Shown here in pieces: positions 19,096 through 34,000 of a DNA stretch of 64,000 nucleotides. The notes beneath the pieces were generated by a model. That model searched no databases, had not been told where the DNA came from, and was given only the letters and a program-made list of their open reading frames with translations. Source of the stretch: Candidatus Nomurabacteria bacterium. Its GTDB lineage: Bacteria; Patescibacteriota; Minisyncoccia; Phycocordibacterales; UBA5272. The stretch's first letter is position 1; every line of letters begins with the position of its first letter. A program made the translations under genes and the position numbers. The stretch covers positions 3,303-67,302 of the forward strand of contig JARIGQ010000004.1 of NCBI GenBank assembly GCA_029288775.1. The letters are read 5' to 3'.

Positions 19096-22000
19096 ATGTC
19101 AAAGCTCAGCAATTCAGGGTTCAGAAAAGTTCTTTCAAGGGTAGCTAACCATATAGCTCTCTTTGTCTTTTCTGGTTTGATTTTTGCATCCAGTACTGCT
19201 TTTGCATTTGCTGCACTTTCTTACTCTGCGCCACGTCAGCCTTTCGCTAGCTTTAAGTTTGCTCACACATTCTCACTTTCAGAACTTTCACCACAGGCTG
19301 TTGCCTCTAAAGTGTTTGCGCTTTCCTATACCTTGCCTTCGGTTGCGCAGAACGTGGCTTCTCTCTCACGCCCACTCGTTGCTTCTATTCCTACTGATCT
19401 TGGATCGGGTGTAACTTTGGCAGATACACTCCCTGTACTTGCGCTTTCACTTCCGGTTATTCCTGCAGGTATCCCTCAGGCAATTGCTCACGAAATTGCT
19501 ACGATTTCCCTTCCACAGATTTCTTTGAATATTCCTGCACTTGCTGTGCGTCCAATTGACGAGCACGCTGTAGTGCTCTCAGGGACAGAGGATCGTTCAA
19601 TCGGCGTTGCAGGTACGGGACTCACACTTGTAGGAGGCATAACTCCTGAGGATGTTGTACCGCATGTGCTTACCTCTACAACATTTACCCTAAGTGCACT
19701 TTCTTCCAAGTTTGCAACATTCACACCTCCTCATGCATCACTTGCGCTTCTTCCTGTTACATCAAAGCAAGGCATGGTGCTTGGGGTAAGTACAACCAAT
19801 ACTGCGCTTGCACAGACGAAAAAGACTCTCCCGCTTATCGACAAGCTTTCTCTTGCGCTTTACTGTTCATTTACCAAGAACAATGTTGACCGTACACGCT
19901 GCAATTATGATGCGATTGCTGACGGTTCTATCCCGGTGTCTACGGCGTCATCTGTAGCTGCAACGACTCCAGCTGCGATTCCAGCAACTCCAAGCAATTT
20001 GTTTACATCTAACGATCAGGGTGTGGCTTCTCCAACCTTTATCACCAAGTACATCACCCAGTACGTAGGTGTCCCAGGAACTCCTGGACGTGATGGTAAG
20101 GATGGTGTAAATGGAGTTACTTCTACAGTAAACGGTATTCTTCCTCCAGCAGGGTTGGGATCATACATTATCCCTTCATATTCTTCACCTTCAACAGCAA
20201 TCGGCATTTCTACTATCGGCTACCTGAAGGATACAACCATCGAGAATCCAACAATTACCCAAGGTACTGCCGTTAATCTCTCCCTCACGACTCCGATCCT
20301 TAATAGTCCAACGCTTAAGGATGCGGTGTTTACAGGCCTTTCTCTTTTCACTAGTCCAGCATCGTTTACTTCAACGGTTGCAATCAACAGCCTTACAGCA
20401 ACATCATCCGTTATTACTAACGCAAGTACGACAAATGCATATATTGCAAATCTCTTCGTAGATGCCGCTACTTCTACCAATTCATACGTAAGCCAGCTTG
20501 TAGCGGCTTCATCTACACTCTCTGATGCTGTTATCACTAATTCCACAACTACGAATGCGTACATCGCAAATCTCGTTGCTGCATCTTCCACACTTACGGA
20601 TCTTATTGCAACGAATGCTGCGTTTACAAACTCCACAACAACCAATGCGTTCATCTCCAGTCTTGCGCTCGTAAACGGCAGCACGACCAACTCCACCACT
20701 ACGAACTCGTATATCACGAATCTCTTTACGCATAATGCAACGACGACCAATGCCATCATAACCAATTCGACTACTACTAACGCATATATCACTTCTCTTG
20801 CGGCGGCTTCAACGACAATCGATGATCTTGTAACCACTCGCGCAACATCAACCGCTCTTTTTGCAAATCTTCTTTCTGCAATCGATACATTTATCACCAA
20901 CCTTACTGCTACCAACCTCACCGCAACCAACGCAACTGTTGCAAATGCAACGACAACCAACTCAACTACCACTAACGCGTATGTTGCCAATCTCTCTACG
21001 GATAATGCCACAACAACAAATGCATATGTAACAAACCTTACAGCATCATCCACAACAATTGGAGATTTAATAACCACTCGCGCAACATCAACCGCATTCT
21101 TCTCAACACTTCTTTCTGCAATCGATACATTTATTACGAATCTTACGGCTATCAACTTAAACGCAACCAATGCAACTATTGCAAACGCCACCACGACTAA
21201 TTCAACAACCACGAATGCATATATTGAAAATCTCTCTGTAGGTACAAGTTCCGCAACATCGCTTACAATAGGTGGCGATCTAAGCGTAGGTGGCACTTCA
21301 ACGTTCGCGACAACCTCATCCACCTATGCAGCGATTGATACTGCATCGACAACCAATCTTTCTGGTACTAACTTCTGGTCTACGCTTGCAACTATCATAA
21401 GCGCAACTATCACGAATCTTATTGCAACCAATGCAACCACTACCAACGCTACCTCTACCAACTTTTATGCTTCAAACGGAGTTATCGATAACGCGACTAC
21501 GACAAATCTCTTCACACAGACGCTTTCTGTAGGTAATGGATACATCCAGGGAGATCAGTCAGTGCAAGGATCATTTAATGTAGCGGGCACTTCTACACTC
21601 GGATCCAATGTATTCCTTAATGGTAATGTGGTGATCGGTACTTCAAGTAATGAATTGCTTACCGTCAATTCTCTCATTAACTCAGATGTTACTCCTGCAC
21701 AGAATAAGGTATATGATCTCGGTACCCCATCATTCTATTGGAGAACGCTTTATGCAGACTCTATCAACGTAAACTCTATTTCTGCGGCATCGACGACAAT
21801 TTCTGGAACTTCAAACAATTCGTTTACGATTAATTCAGACAATAATACTAACGACCTCGAAGATTCTCAGCTTGTGTTCTACCGCGGTCTCGTAACGCCA
21901 AATGCCATCCTGCGCTGGAATTCTGCCCTTAGCCGTCTCGAGGCTAATCAGTCATTCAAGATTCAGAACGAAACTCCTTCAGTGGGAACCACTACGCTTA

Positions 22001-25000
22001 CCGTACAAGCGGGTGCAGGACAAGGAACAACCAATCTCTTTGAGCTTTTGGATAATTCTGGAAGCAAGCTTGCTATGTTTAATTCTCAAGGATGGCTTGG
22101 CATCGGTACTTCAAGTCCGGTTGCTGCGCTCGATGTAAATGGTCCTATTAAGTCCGGCGGTGATGTGAAGAATGTGCTCAATATAAATGACAAGGGTTCG
22201 GGTAACTTGCAGTCAACCTTGCGCATCCTTACCAATATTCCATATGCAGATGGCCTTCAAGCCCTAGACGCTATAACTATTACAGGTTATGACTGGCGAA
22301 ATAGCAAACCTCTCAGCCTCCGTCTAGTCTTTTATATCTTTGGCGGAAACTTCATTCAGTACGGCGCTTCTTCCCAGGGCGGACTTGCTCCACGAATATC
22401 ACTTGGAAACGTTAATGGAAAGGTGGCAATTTTGCTTGACCGTTCATCTGGAGGAGGAGGTGGAGACTGGGCGTTCTCTACACTATCTGTTGATGTGATG
22501 AATAATAACAATCTCTGGACTCAGTCAGATCTTTCAGGATGGTCCTATGATTACGGCAATCTTTCAGGAGCATCCAATGTTGTTGCGCTTTCATATTCAA
22601 GCCAGCTCGGTAATGCCTCAACTACCGGTCTTACTGCTACCAATATTTTCTCAACAACACTTGCAGTTACCGGTACTTCTACATTTGGTACTAATGGAAG
22701 CAACGTGGGAATCGGTACAACAAGTCCGCAAGCAACGCTTGAAGTAGCGGGTGCAGCTGCTGGTCTTACAGTGAATCGTACTCATGTACAATGCGGGGCT
22801 TCAATTGGGCTGGTTAATAATTCGAATGTTTCAAATTCATGGTCATTTAAGAATAGCGATTCACCTTGTACTCCGGGCACGCTTGGTAATTTGTATTTTA
22901 TCCAGAATTCTACAGAAAAAATGGTTCTTACCTCTGGAGGTGTTCTTGGCATCGGTAGTACCACTCCAAGCCTTAAGCTTACGGTGCAGGGAGCTGCATA
23001 TATAGGAGGAAATATTGTTGCAACAGGCACGCTTTCATTGGGTACAAGTACACTCTTTACTACAAGTGCAGGAAATGTTGGCATCGGTACGAGTACTCCT
23101 TTGGCAAAGTTTGCTATCGTGGATTCCAACCAGACTTCAACATCCTCGAGTGGGGCTGTTGGAATGGCTAATGCAAATCTCTCTATCTTTACCAACCAAT
23201 TTGGCCAAGACTTTGGTGGGTCAGTTGGATTTGGCGGATACCAGGGTTCGTCCGGGCAGCAAACTTTGTTTGGTCAAATTTCTGGTCGCAAAGAAAATGC
23301 TTCAGATCCAAATGCTCGTGGTTATCTGGCTTTCTCTACTCTAGGAACAGGTGCTGGAGTTGCCTACCCATTTGCAGAACGCGTGCGTATTAGTAGCGAT
23401 GGTTCACTTGTGATCAACAGCAATGGATATGATGCAACTTCAACCAAGCTCCTTATTGTAAAGGGGTCAGCAAGCCAGGCGGTGAACCTTCAGGAATGGC
23501 AGAATAGCTTCGGTACAGCACTTTCTGTTGTAGATGCTTCAGGTAATCTTGGGTTAGGCACATCAACTCCAGGTTCTAAGCTTTCCGTACAAGGTAGTGC
23601 ATATATTGGCGGAAATTTTACGGCAACCGGTACGCTTACCACACTTGGAACAGGGAGCTCATCAATTGCAGGAGCTTTGGGGGTAGGTATTGCGTCTCCA
23701 AGTTATTTCCTCGATGTGGTTCCACCATCAGGAACTGCTGTAGACCTCTTCAGGGTTGCATCTTCGACCAGTCCTGGAGGGGCACTTGTTGTGAAGAATA
23801 ATGGTAGTGTAGGTATCGGTACAACTACTCCACTTAACACGCTTGTGGTCAGTGGTCCGGCACTAGGAGGTATTACTATCGACAGAGGTAATTCCAATTC
23901 ACCAAACCTTACGTTCTCTTCTAATGGAACTACCATCCTTAGCCAGATTCGCGGTGTCATTGGTGGAGGTATGGCGTTTACTTCCAGCAGCTTAACAGAG
24001 TGGGGTCATTTTGACGCGAGCGGTAACTTCGGTATCGGAACTTCGAGTCCGGCTTCTCCACTCCACGTATATAGCAATAGCAGTAATGCTTACATTATTA
24101 CTGATACTTCGGGAACAAATAATACCGGTGTACAATTCAGACGGGACAATACTATTAAGTGGCAGCTTTTCTCTGATAGTCTTGATAACTTCGGGATCTT
24201 TGATGGAACTAATAAGATTGCAACTATCCAAAGAGGTGCTCCAGCGAATAGCTTGTTTGTTCTTGCTAATGGAAATGTTGGGGTAGGTACTTCAACTCCA
24301 GGTTCTAAGCTTTCCGTTCAAGGAGATTCATACTTGGCTGGTAATGTGACCGCAACGGGTACGCTTACTGTCCTTACTAGTGGTACTAGTCGTATCGGTT
24401 CTGTTTCAAGATATGTAACCATGTTTGATAATGGGAGCGGACAAGTTGAACTTGCTTTCAATGGTTCGGACGCTAATGCTTCCCGCATTTCGACGGATAA
24501 CAATGATCTTTGGATTAGGCCTGCGACGGGTGTTATCGGTATTGCAGCAGGTACAACTTCTCCACGCCTCAAGATTGGTTCAATCTCATCTGGATGGGGA
24601 ATGCAGACGACACTCGCTGCTCCGATGAACTTTGAAAGCCTTAGTGTAGATATCAATACCAATCCTTTTGTATTCAACCGAGTAGGTGCATGGGGAGGTA
24701 ATCCAAACGTAAAATTGTTTAAGGTGCAGGACGCAGGCAACGATGTCTTTTCAGTGGGTGGTGTACTCAATGCCATTAATGGTTTGACTGTTGGTCCATC
24801 TGCAACAAGTGGTATGGTTTCTCTCACTGCTGTGGGTCTAGATACCAATATTCCGTTTGCTATCAACGCAAAGGGTAGCGGATCTATCAACATTGGAGGA
24901 ACAAGTACAGGAAATATTGTTCTTGCAACTGGAGGAGGTAGTGTGGCTATTGGTACAAGTAGTCCATCTAGCCAGTTGGAAGTTTCTGGAGGAGCAGCCA

Positions 25001-28000
25001 GTTCATATCTTACTCTTTCTACAAACTCGGGAGTACAAGCTACAGGAATCAAACTTGTGGCTAGCGGTACCACAACTAATTGGATTATTGGTTCTCAAGG
25101 TGGAGCCGTGACTAATTTGCAATTTGTCTCAGGAGCTGGCAATAGTCTTACTTTGGATAGTACGGCAAATATGGTTTTCAGTAATACTAATAACCACAGT
25201 ATTTCTATTGCACAAAACAGTGCAACTAATATTCCAGGTAAGCAATTGACGGTGTCTGCAGGGAACGCGGCACTTGGTTTAGCTACAAACTTTGACGGAG
25301 GAACACTTGTCCTCGCAGCTGGCCAGTCAACAGGAACAGGAACAGGAAAGATTCAATTCCAGACTTCTCCAGCAGGATCATCTGGTACAGCAACAAATAC
25401 GTTGATTACCGCGATGACTATTCTTGGCGGTGGCAACGTAGGTATCGGTACTTCAACCCCAGGCTCGCTCTTTTCAGTACAGGGTAATTCATATATCGGA
25501 GGTAATGAGACAGCAACTGGTACACTTACAGTGCTAGGTACAGGGAATTCTTCCTTTGCTGGAAACGTAGGAATAGGTACGACAACTCCAGGTAATCCTC
25601 TAGTTATTACTGCAAGTGGGGTCACAAGTAGCCTTTTCAGTATCGCAAGCAGTACCGGTGCAAACTTGGTACAGCTTGCATCTGATGGTGTAACGGGAAG
25701 CTCTCTATTTAACGCAAGTACAGGTGAAAATCGTTTCAACATCAACCCTAATGGTCAATATGTGCGTGTAAGTGGTGCGGGTGTATACGGTTGGTCGCCA
25801 AGTACAAATGCAGGCGTTAGTGCTGATACAGGTCTCTCGCGCATTTCAGCAGGAGTAGTTGCTGTAGGAAATGGAACGACAGGATCAGCAGCAGGTACGC
25901 TTGTTGCTGGAGCAATCGGTATTGGTACTACCACTCCTTCTGCAAAGTTGATGATTGACGGAACTATCGCAAATACCAACTCAGGTCAGGGGCTTGTTAT
26001 TTCTGCAACTAATGGTACAACTGTTGGTCCACGCCTCGCAATCTTCCCAAATGGCAACGCTTCCGCAGCTATTCAAACGCTCGTAAACGGAGCACTTAAC
26101 TTCCTCAGTTCAGCTGGTAACGTGAATATGACTATTGCTGATGCTACGGGAAACGTAGGCATTGGAACTTCAACCCCAGGTTCTAGGCTTTCAGTTCAAG
26201 GAGATTCATATTTTGGAGGGAACCTTACTGCAACAGGCACTATTACTTCGCTTAGTGCTGGTAATTCATACTTTGCTGGAAATATTGGTATTGGCACTTC
26301 ATCTCCAACTCATGCGCTTACATTTGCTTCTACTTCAAGCGGTATTGCTTTCTACAACACTTCAGATCAGACTACTAATTATGAACGCTTCGTAGAGGCA
26401 TGGAATCCTTCCAATAATACCTTTAATCTATTCCAGTCTTTTGGTGGAAGTGCAGCAAATAGAAGTGTTCGTCTAGGTATTGCAGGTGGAGCAGGGGCAA
26501 CTGCACCAGATTCATATTTAGATGTTGTCTCAAACGGAACATTCAATTTCCGTTCCGCTAATCCTGCAGCAACTACATACACAACTCTAGGATTAGGGGC
26601 ACTTCAGAACGCTTCTTCGTATAATCAGACAACTGTTGCTATTACGCCAACTATCAATCAGTCTGGAACAGGTTCTTACACAGCGCTCCTCATCAATCCT
26701 ACAGAAACAGGCGTTGGTTCAGGAAACAATTATCTTATTAATGCTCAGGTAGGTGGATCAACTCGTATGGTGCTGACAAATACTGGTAATCTCGGTATCG
26801 GTACTACTACTCCACTTTCAAAATTTGTGATTGATAGTGGTAGTGCGGTAATCCGAGGTACTAATAACAATCTTCAAGTTGTTGATAACGGTACGGGAAG
26901 GAGCTTTGTGTTTGGTGTAGCAGGAACTTCGGGGGGCTTCTTTAACAATGCGACTATTGGTGATAGTATCTTGCGTGCGTCCACCGGTAATAAGATGATG
27001 CTCGGTATCGATAATGGTACGGGAAATGCTGCACCGGTGCTTACTATCAGTGGTACTAATGTCGGTATCGGCACAACTACTCCAGGACGCTATCTCACCA
27101 TCCAAGCAGTTGCTGGATCATCGGCAGGATTTGATCTTGCCGATCCTAATACTAATCAGGTGTGGTCGTTTATCAATGGCACCACAGGTTCTCCTGTGGG
27201 CGCAGGCAATTTTGCGATTTATGATACCACGAATCAAGCTACTAGAATGGTTGTTTCTAACGCAGGAAACGTAGGTGTCGGTACCACTACCCCAGGCTCA
27301 CTTCTTTCAGTACAAGGAAATGGTTACTTCGGTGGGAACCTTACAGCAACAGGAACATTAAGTGTACTTGGTTCTGCAACTTCTACATTTGCCGGAGCGG
27401 TTGGTATTGGGACGACAACCCCAAGTTACAATCTTAGTGTTGTAGGAAATACATATACATCAGGTTCTATCAATTTTGGAGGGGCCGGAAACAATAATCT
27501 TGGAGTGTTGTCTCAAGTGGGTACAAATGATACTTATCTTTCAAATCACCTACATACTCAATTCGGCCTTTGGGTTCGTTCAACGGATACTAATAGGGTA
27601 AAAGGAATGGACCAATCTAGCGGTAATAGTTCTAACCTGGGATTGTATGTAAACTTCGGAGAAAAAATGACAATTGATACCAACGGAAATGTAGGTATCG
27701 GAACTACAACCCCGGGATCTAAGCTCTCCGTACAAGGTGATGCTTATATAGGAGGAAATGTTACTGCAACGGGTACGTTTGCAATCGGTACAAGTACACT
27801 CTTTACAAATACTGCTGGGCAGGTAGGTATTGGTACTACCAACCCTTCATACCGCCTTGACGTGCGTACCACGGGAGCTGCGACAGGTCTTGCTATTTGG
27901 GATGGTTCAAATGGAAGTATCTTTGGAAGATTTGGAATCACAAGAGTTGGTGCTACAGCTAATACGTTTTCATTTATAAACTATCCTTCCTATGCGTTTG

Positions 28001-31000
28001 ATGCGACTACAACTATTTCAAGTGGAAACTTCGGTATCGGTACAACCACACCAGGTTCTAAGCTAGCGGTACAAGGGGATGGCTACTTCGGAGGTAACCT
28101 TACTGCAACTGGGACTATCACAGCACTTGGAGGATTTACAAACTTCGGAAGCACCACGCTTACGGATGCATCTTCTACCAATCTTACTGCAACTAACTTC
28201 TGGTCTACGCTTGCAAATCTCGTTACGGCAAACATTACGAATGCATCGACGACCAACCTTTCGGCAACCGGCGCAACCTTTGGTGATGCTTCCATCACAA
28301 ACACGCTTACCGTTGCTTCAAACACAAGCCTTGCAACTACTACTATCTCTGGATACTTGGGAGTTGGCACGACGAGTCCTTCTCAGCTCCTTACTGTAGG
28401 TAACAACAATCAATTCACGGTAAGTTCTACAGGTACGGTCGCTATCTCTTCTGCGGGTCAGTTGAGTTTTACTGGAGGTAGTATCTGGCCTATCATTACT
28501 CGCAACACTGCAACTGGTGGACTTATTCTTAATACTCAAAATGCTGTAACAAGCTCAAACAGTCTGCTCTCTATTCGTACCAATGGCGGTTCGGATGCGT
28601 TTACACTCCTTGCAGATGGACGTCTTGGACTCGGCACCTCAACTCCAGCTTCGAAGCTAACTATTATTTCACCTGATAATTCACAGGGGACAAGTATTGT
28701 AGCCGCATATGCTAACAATCTTACCCAAGGAACCTCGCTTCGTTATGACGGTCTCTATGCTATCGGAAGCAATTCATCAGTAGACGTGCGGCTTGTTCCT
28801 CAAGGGGTTGGACGTGTACTTATCCCTAATGGGAACGTTGGTATCGGTACAAGTACACCTTTAAGTGTTCTTCATATTGAAGGAACAAACAGTTCTGCTG
28901 GAGGTATTACTCTTACAAGTAGCGCGGGCAATGTAAACAGGTTCCAGATTTTCCCACTGGGGTCTATTAGTACTGCATTCAAAAATATGGGTGGAGGCGA
29001 TACTCAATTCCAAAACTCCGCTGGAACAGCACAGCTCTCTATTCAGACAAGTACGGGAAATGTCGGTATCGGTACCACTACCCCAGGCTCGCTTCTTTCG
29101 GTACAAGGTGATTCATACTTCGGTGGTAACGTTACTGCAACAGGAACACTAAGTGTACTTGGTTCTGCGACTTCTACATTTGCCGGAGCGGTCGGTATTG
29201 GCACAACAACTCCGCAGTGGAAATTGAGCGTAGAAGATCCTACAAGTGCATTTATTACTCTTAACAACAGTACTGGTAACGCAGGAACATTTGCTGGAGT
29301 CCGCTTCCAGATAGCAGGTAAGGACAGATATACCGCAGCCCTTAATGCTGGTGGTGATCAAATCTATTCTCGTTTCAATGCAAGTGGTGCATATCAAAAT
29401 GATGTTCTTGCCTTGAAGTCAACGGGAGATGTCGCATTTAATACAAATCAGCTTTATGTTACTAATGCAACAGGCAACGTTGGTATTGGTACTTCCACTC
29501 CGGGGACAAATTTGGTAGTCGGAAATAGTGGAGCGTTTACTGTAAATAGCAGTGGTCAGGTTACCACGGGGAGTACGCTTACTATGGCTGGAAGCAATAA
29601 CGCGATTACGGCATATAACGGTATAGGCGGATCAGGTATCTTCGGTCTTAGTCGTCAAAACGATGTAGCGAATGCTTCCCTTCAGATCGCTGCCTACGGA
29701 GGAATTGGTTTCACTGTTAATAGTGCAGGAGGTTCGATAACACCGGCATCTACCTCTTCAAGCATGTTCATTGCAACATCTGGAAATGTGGGTATCGGAA
29801 CAACCACACCAACCAAGAGTTTGAGTGTTATCAATTCAAGCTTAGGTGGAGATCAGTTGCTTCTTGGTAGCACCGGTACTGCGAATCCTGCATTTCTCCA
29901 AATGGGCGTAGCGGATACGGGATCCAATACTACAGTTGATCTAAGTGCGATCAATAATGCTTCTCAAAATGCATACGTGCGTCTTTTCCGTCAGACAAAT
30001 ACTATAGGGTCTAAGGTGTTCCAAATTCTTAAGGGTGATGGTACCGCAAATGCGGATACTCAAATTACCGTTGCGGGTACAACCTTCTTCAATCTTGGAG
30101 GTGGAAACGTGGGTGTTGGTTCATCTTCTCCGGTAGGGCGCCTCGCCGTTACAGGGTCTGGACTTTCAAATGGTATTGCGTTCCAAATTACAGACGCCTC
30201 CAACACTCCTCGATTTACATTACAGGACAATGGTACGACTACTTTTGGACAGCTTGCTACCAACACTAATGCAATTCTTTTGAGTTCTCAGAATGGTACG
30301 CTTTCAGAAGTGTATGACAATAGCGATATGCGATGGAGTCTTGATTCTAATGGATCTGTTCGTTACGGACTCAGCGCAGGAGGTACTTCACAGCTGGGAA
30401 CACTCCGCTTAGGTTCGGGGGGAAGTGTTAGTCCGAGCTCTTATTCATACATAACAGGAGGCGGAGCAGGTCAAGCACAATTGAACTTCTTCGTTGGTTC
30501 CACCTCGTCTCCTTCTATTACACTTACCAATTCTGGAAAGGTGGGAGTAGGTACTACTTCGCCAGTTGATCCTTTCCATGTGATTGGAAATGGTCGCTTT
30601 ATGACGTCAGGATCATCTGAGTATTTGACTGTGGGAACATATGATAGCAATAACGCTTACCTTCGTTATGCGACATTCAACGTATCTCGCTTCGTAACGG
30701 GTGTGGACGCATCGGATGGTAAGTACAAGATTGGTACAGGAAATGACTTTTCTGCTACAAAGTTTGCTATCGATACAAATGGAAATGTGGGCATCGGTAC
30801 AACAAGTCCAATCAGTGTTTTGCATATCGTTGCATCAAATGCCACTATTTCTCTTCAGTCCACCACCACTAATGGTTTTTCCGGTCAAAACATGTACGAC
30901 AGCAATGGAAACTTGGCAGCTTCCTTCCAATATGGAAATAGTGCTGCGTCGGTTTTCCCGAATGCGATGTTCTTAGGTACAAGAATTGCCAATGCACCTG

Positions 31001-34000
31001 TTATATTTATTAGCGGCGGTTCTGCAAGCGGTGGTTCTACTAATGAACGAATGAGAATTGATTCAAATGGTAACGTAGGTATTGGTACTTCAACACCAAG
31101 TTACCCATTGGATGTGAGTGGTTTCATTAATACTGACAAAAACTCAGGATACAAAATGGATGGTCTTACTGTGCTCTACTCGACATCTACCCAGCAATCC
31201 GTGTTTGTTGGTCAAGGTGCAGGAGCTGGAATTGTTTCATCTGCTGCAACCACTAGTGTTTTACGCAATACTGCAATGGGATATCTTGCGCTTAACCTTG
31301 CAACTTCCACGGGGTCAAACACAGCATTTGGTGCCCGCACACTTTCAAATGTTCAGTCAGGAGCACAGTCTTTCAATGGAACGGCAAACACTGCAGTAGG
31401 TGCAGGGTCAGGGTTCTCTGTAACCACTGGTTTTGGTAACAGCTCATTCGGTGAATCATCAGGTGGTGCAGTAACAACAGGTGCAGCAAACACATCACTT
31501 GGTTACCGTGCAGGAAATAATATTACTACAGGTAGCAACAACGTAGCTGTCGGTGGATTTACTACAGCTGTAGGTGCGCTCTTCTCAAATCAAACTGGGT
31601 CCAACAACGTAGCAGTGGGTGCTGCAGCGCTTGCAGGAACTACATCGGTAAGTATTTCTTCTAATACCGCAGTGGGACATCTTGCAGGTTTTAATATGCA
31701 AGGCAACAATAACACCTTGCTCGGTTATCAGGCTGGTTATGATATGAGTACGGGTAGCCAGAACATTGTTGTTGGCTACTATCCAACAACAAACGTGGGT
31801 ATTACTACAGGTTCCAACAACATTTTGATTGGTCAGGACTTGCGCACGGGTCTTTCCCAGACGGGTTCCAATCAGCTCAACATTGGTAACCTTATCTTTG
31901 CTACAGGTCTTGGAAGTGGTTCTACACTCAGCACAGGAAATGTTGGTATAGGGACTTCAACTCCAGGGCAAAAGCTCGATGTTGTAGGAAATATTCGTCT
32001 CACTGGAACAGGAAGTAATAGTATTGAGTTCTACGATTCTACAAACGCAGCAAATGGTCCACAGGTACTTTCTTCAATCACGGGCATTAATACTGTAAAC
32101 CATGGTTCCGGCGCTCTTCAGTTCTTTACTGCAATGAATAATACTCTCACTGAAGCGATGAGAATTGACCGAACAGGTAATATTGGAATGGGTACAACTT
32201 CCCCAGGGTCTAAGCTATCTGTACAAGGTGATGGCTACTTCGGTGGTAATCTTACTGCGACGGGAACACTTAACGTACTTGGTACAGGGTCATCCACATT
32301 TGCATCTGACCTTACTGTAAATGGTGATAATGGTCGCATCTATGGAAATTATCTCTTTACAGATCCGGGAAGTGCTGGTTCAACTACTCTACGTCTCGGT
32401 ACACAAGGTGTGGCTCGTCTTCTTCTTTCATCGGCTGATGCAACATTTACAGGAAACATTATTCCAAATGGTGATAATACGAAGACATTGGGCACACTAG
32501 CTGCACGCTTTAATGGACTTAACATCGGTACAGGTAATTCAACTTTTGCTGGAAATGTAGGTATTGGTACAACAACGCCAAATCAGAAGTTGGTAATTTC
32601 TGGAACTTCTCTTTCTGCAACACAGCCAGAAATTAGTTTGTATAACACAGGCTCAGGAGGTATAGGATGGAGCCTCATTTCAACTGATAACAATAACAGC
32701 GCACTTGGAGGTAAGTTTGCCATTCTTCCAACAGGTGGCTCTAGTGTCGTAGCTCCTTTCATTATTAGTGGAAATAACGTAGGAATTGGCACATCTACCC
32801 CAGGATCCAAACTTTCTGTAAATGGTGATTCATACTTGGCTGGTAACGTGACTGCAACGGGCACACTTAACGTGCTCGGTACTGGAACTTCTACATTTGT
32901 CGGAGCTCTCGGGGTAGGGGTTGCTAATCCAAATGCGGTATTCCATGTTTCTTCACCTACAAGTACAAGTAATGTTGTTGCAAGAATTGATAATACGTCT
33001 GGTTCATATGGATGGCTCTTCCAAAATGCTGGAGGTACTACATCAAGAATTGCGCTATATGGCATGGATAATACCGGTGCACAGACACTCCGTCTTGATC
33101 CCGCCGCAGCTTCATATTTCAATGGTGGAAACGTAGGTATCGGTACAACAACCCCAGGGTCACTTCTTTCAGTACAAGGCAATGGTTACTTTGGAGGCAA
33201 TGTGGCTGCAACAGGTACACTTGCAATCGGTACAAGTACACTTTATACAACTGCACAAGGTAATGTAGGTATTGGCACCACAACTCCATTATCGACGCTT
33301 TATGTGGAAGGTTCATCTCCTGTTCTTACTGTCAGTTCAACTGGAGGAAGACAAATAACTATTGCTCCTGCAACAGGCGCTATTGACTCTGTAAATAGTG
33401 CACTTCATTTTAATCGTTTTTCAAGTCAAGCAGTTTCGATCGGATTTAGCAGTGCTTCTCACCTTCGCGTAGGACAGGCTCCAGAAAATTCTTTTGGAAA
33501 TACTGCGCTTCTCTATATAGGAAATACCGAAACAGGTACTCCGGGATTTGTTTTGGACAAGGCACCTGGTCAGACTTCAGATATTCTACAAGTTCGTTCA
33601 GCAACGACAACAACAGGGGATATCTTTACAATCAAGAGTAATGGAAATGTAGGTATCGGCACCACAACTCCTTCCCAACTGCTTACGGTAGGAAATAACA
33701 ACCAATTTACAGTTACAAGCGCTGGTGCAGTAAATATTCCATCAGGAAATCTTTACGCACTTACTATGACTACAGGAGCTATCGCAAACAACAATAGCAA
33801 TACGTATGCAAATCTTGTTTTTGGAAACGCAGGTCTAACAGCTTCACGAAATGTCGCAGACAGCAACCCGTCGCTTATTGTAAATCAGGCGAATGCTAGT
33901 TCAACAGGAGATATATTGGATCTGCAGGCGGCTGGAATTACCAAAGTAGCATTTGCTCAGAATGGAAACGTGGGTATCGGAACTACCTCTCCTCTCTATG

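Noticed and set aside
20220-21323. Long antisense ORFs inside the giant gene (for example 20220-21323, 24318-25073 and 32583-33182 on the minus strand)
   Set aside because: They lie wholly within the giant ORF's low-complexity repeats, have no start context or independent features, and are the expected by-product of biased Thr/Asn/Gly codons.
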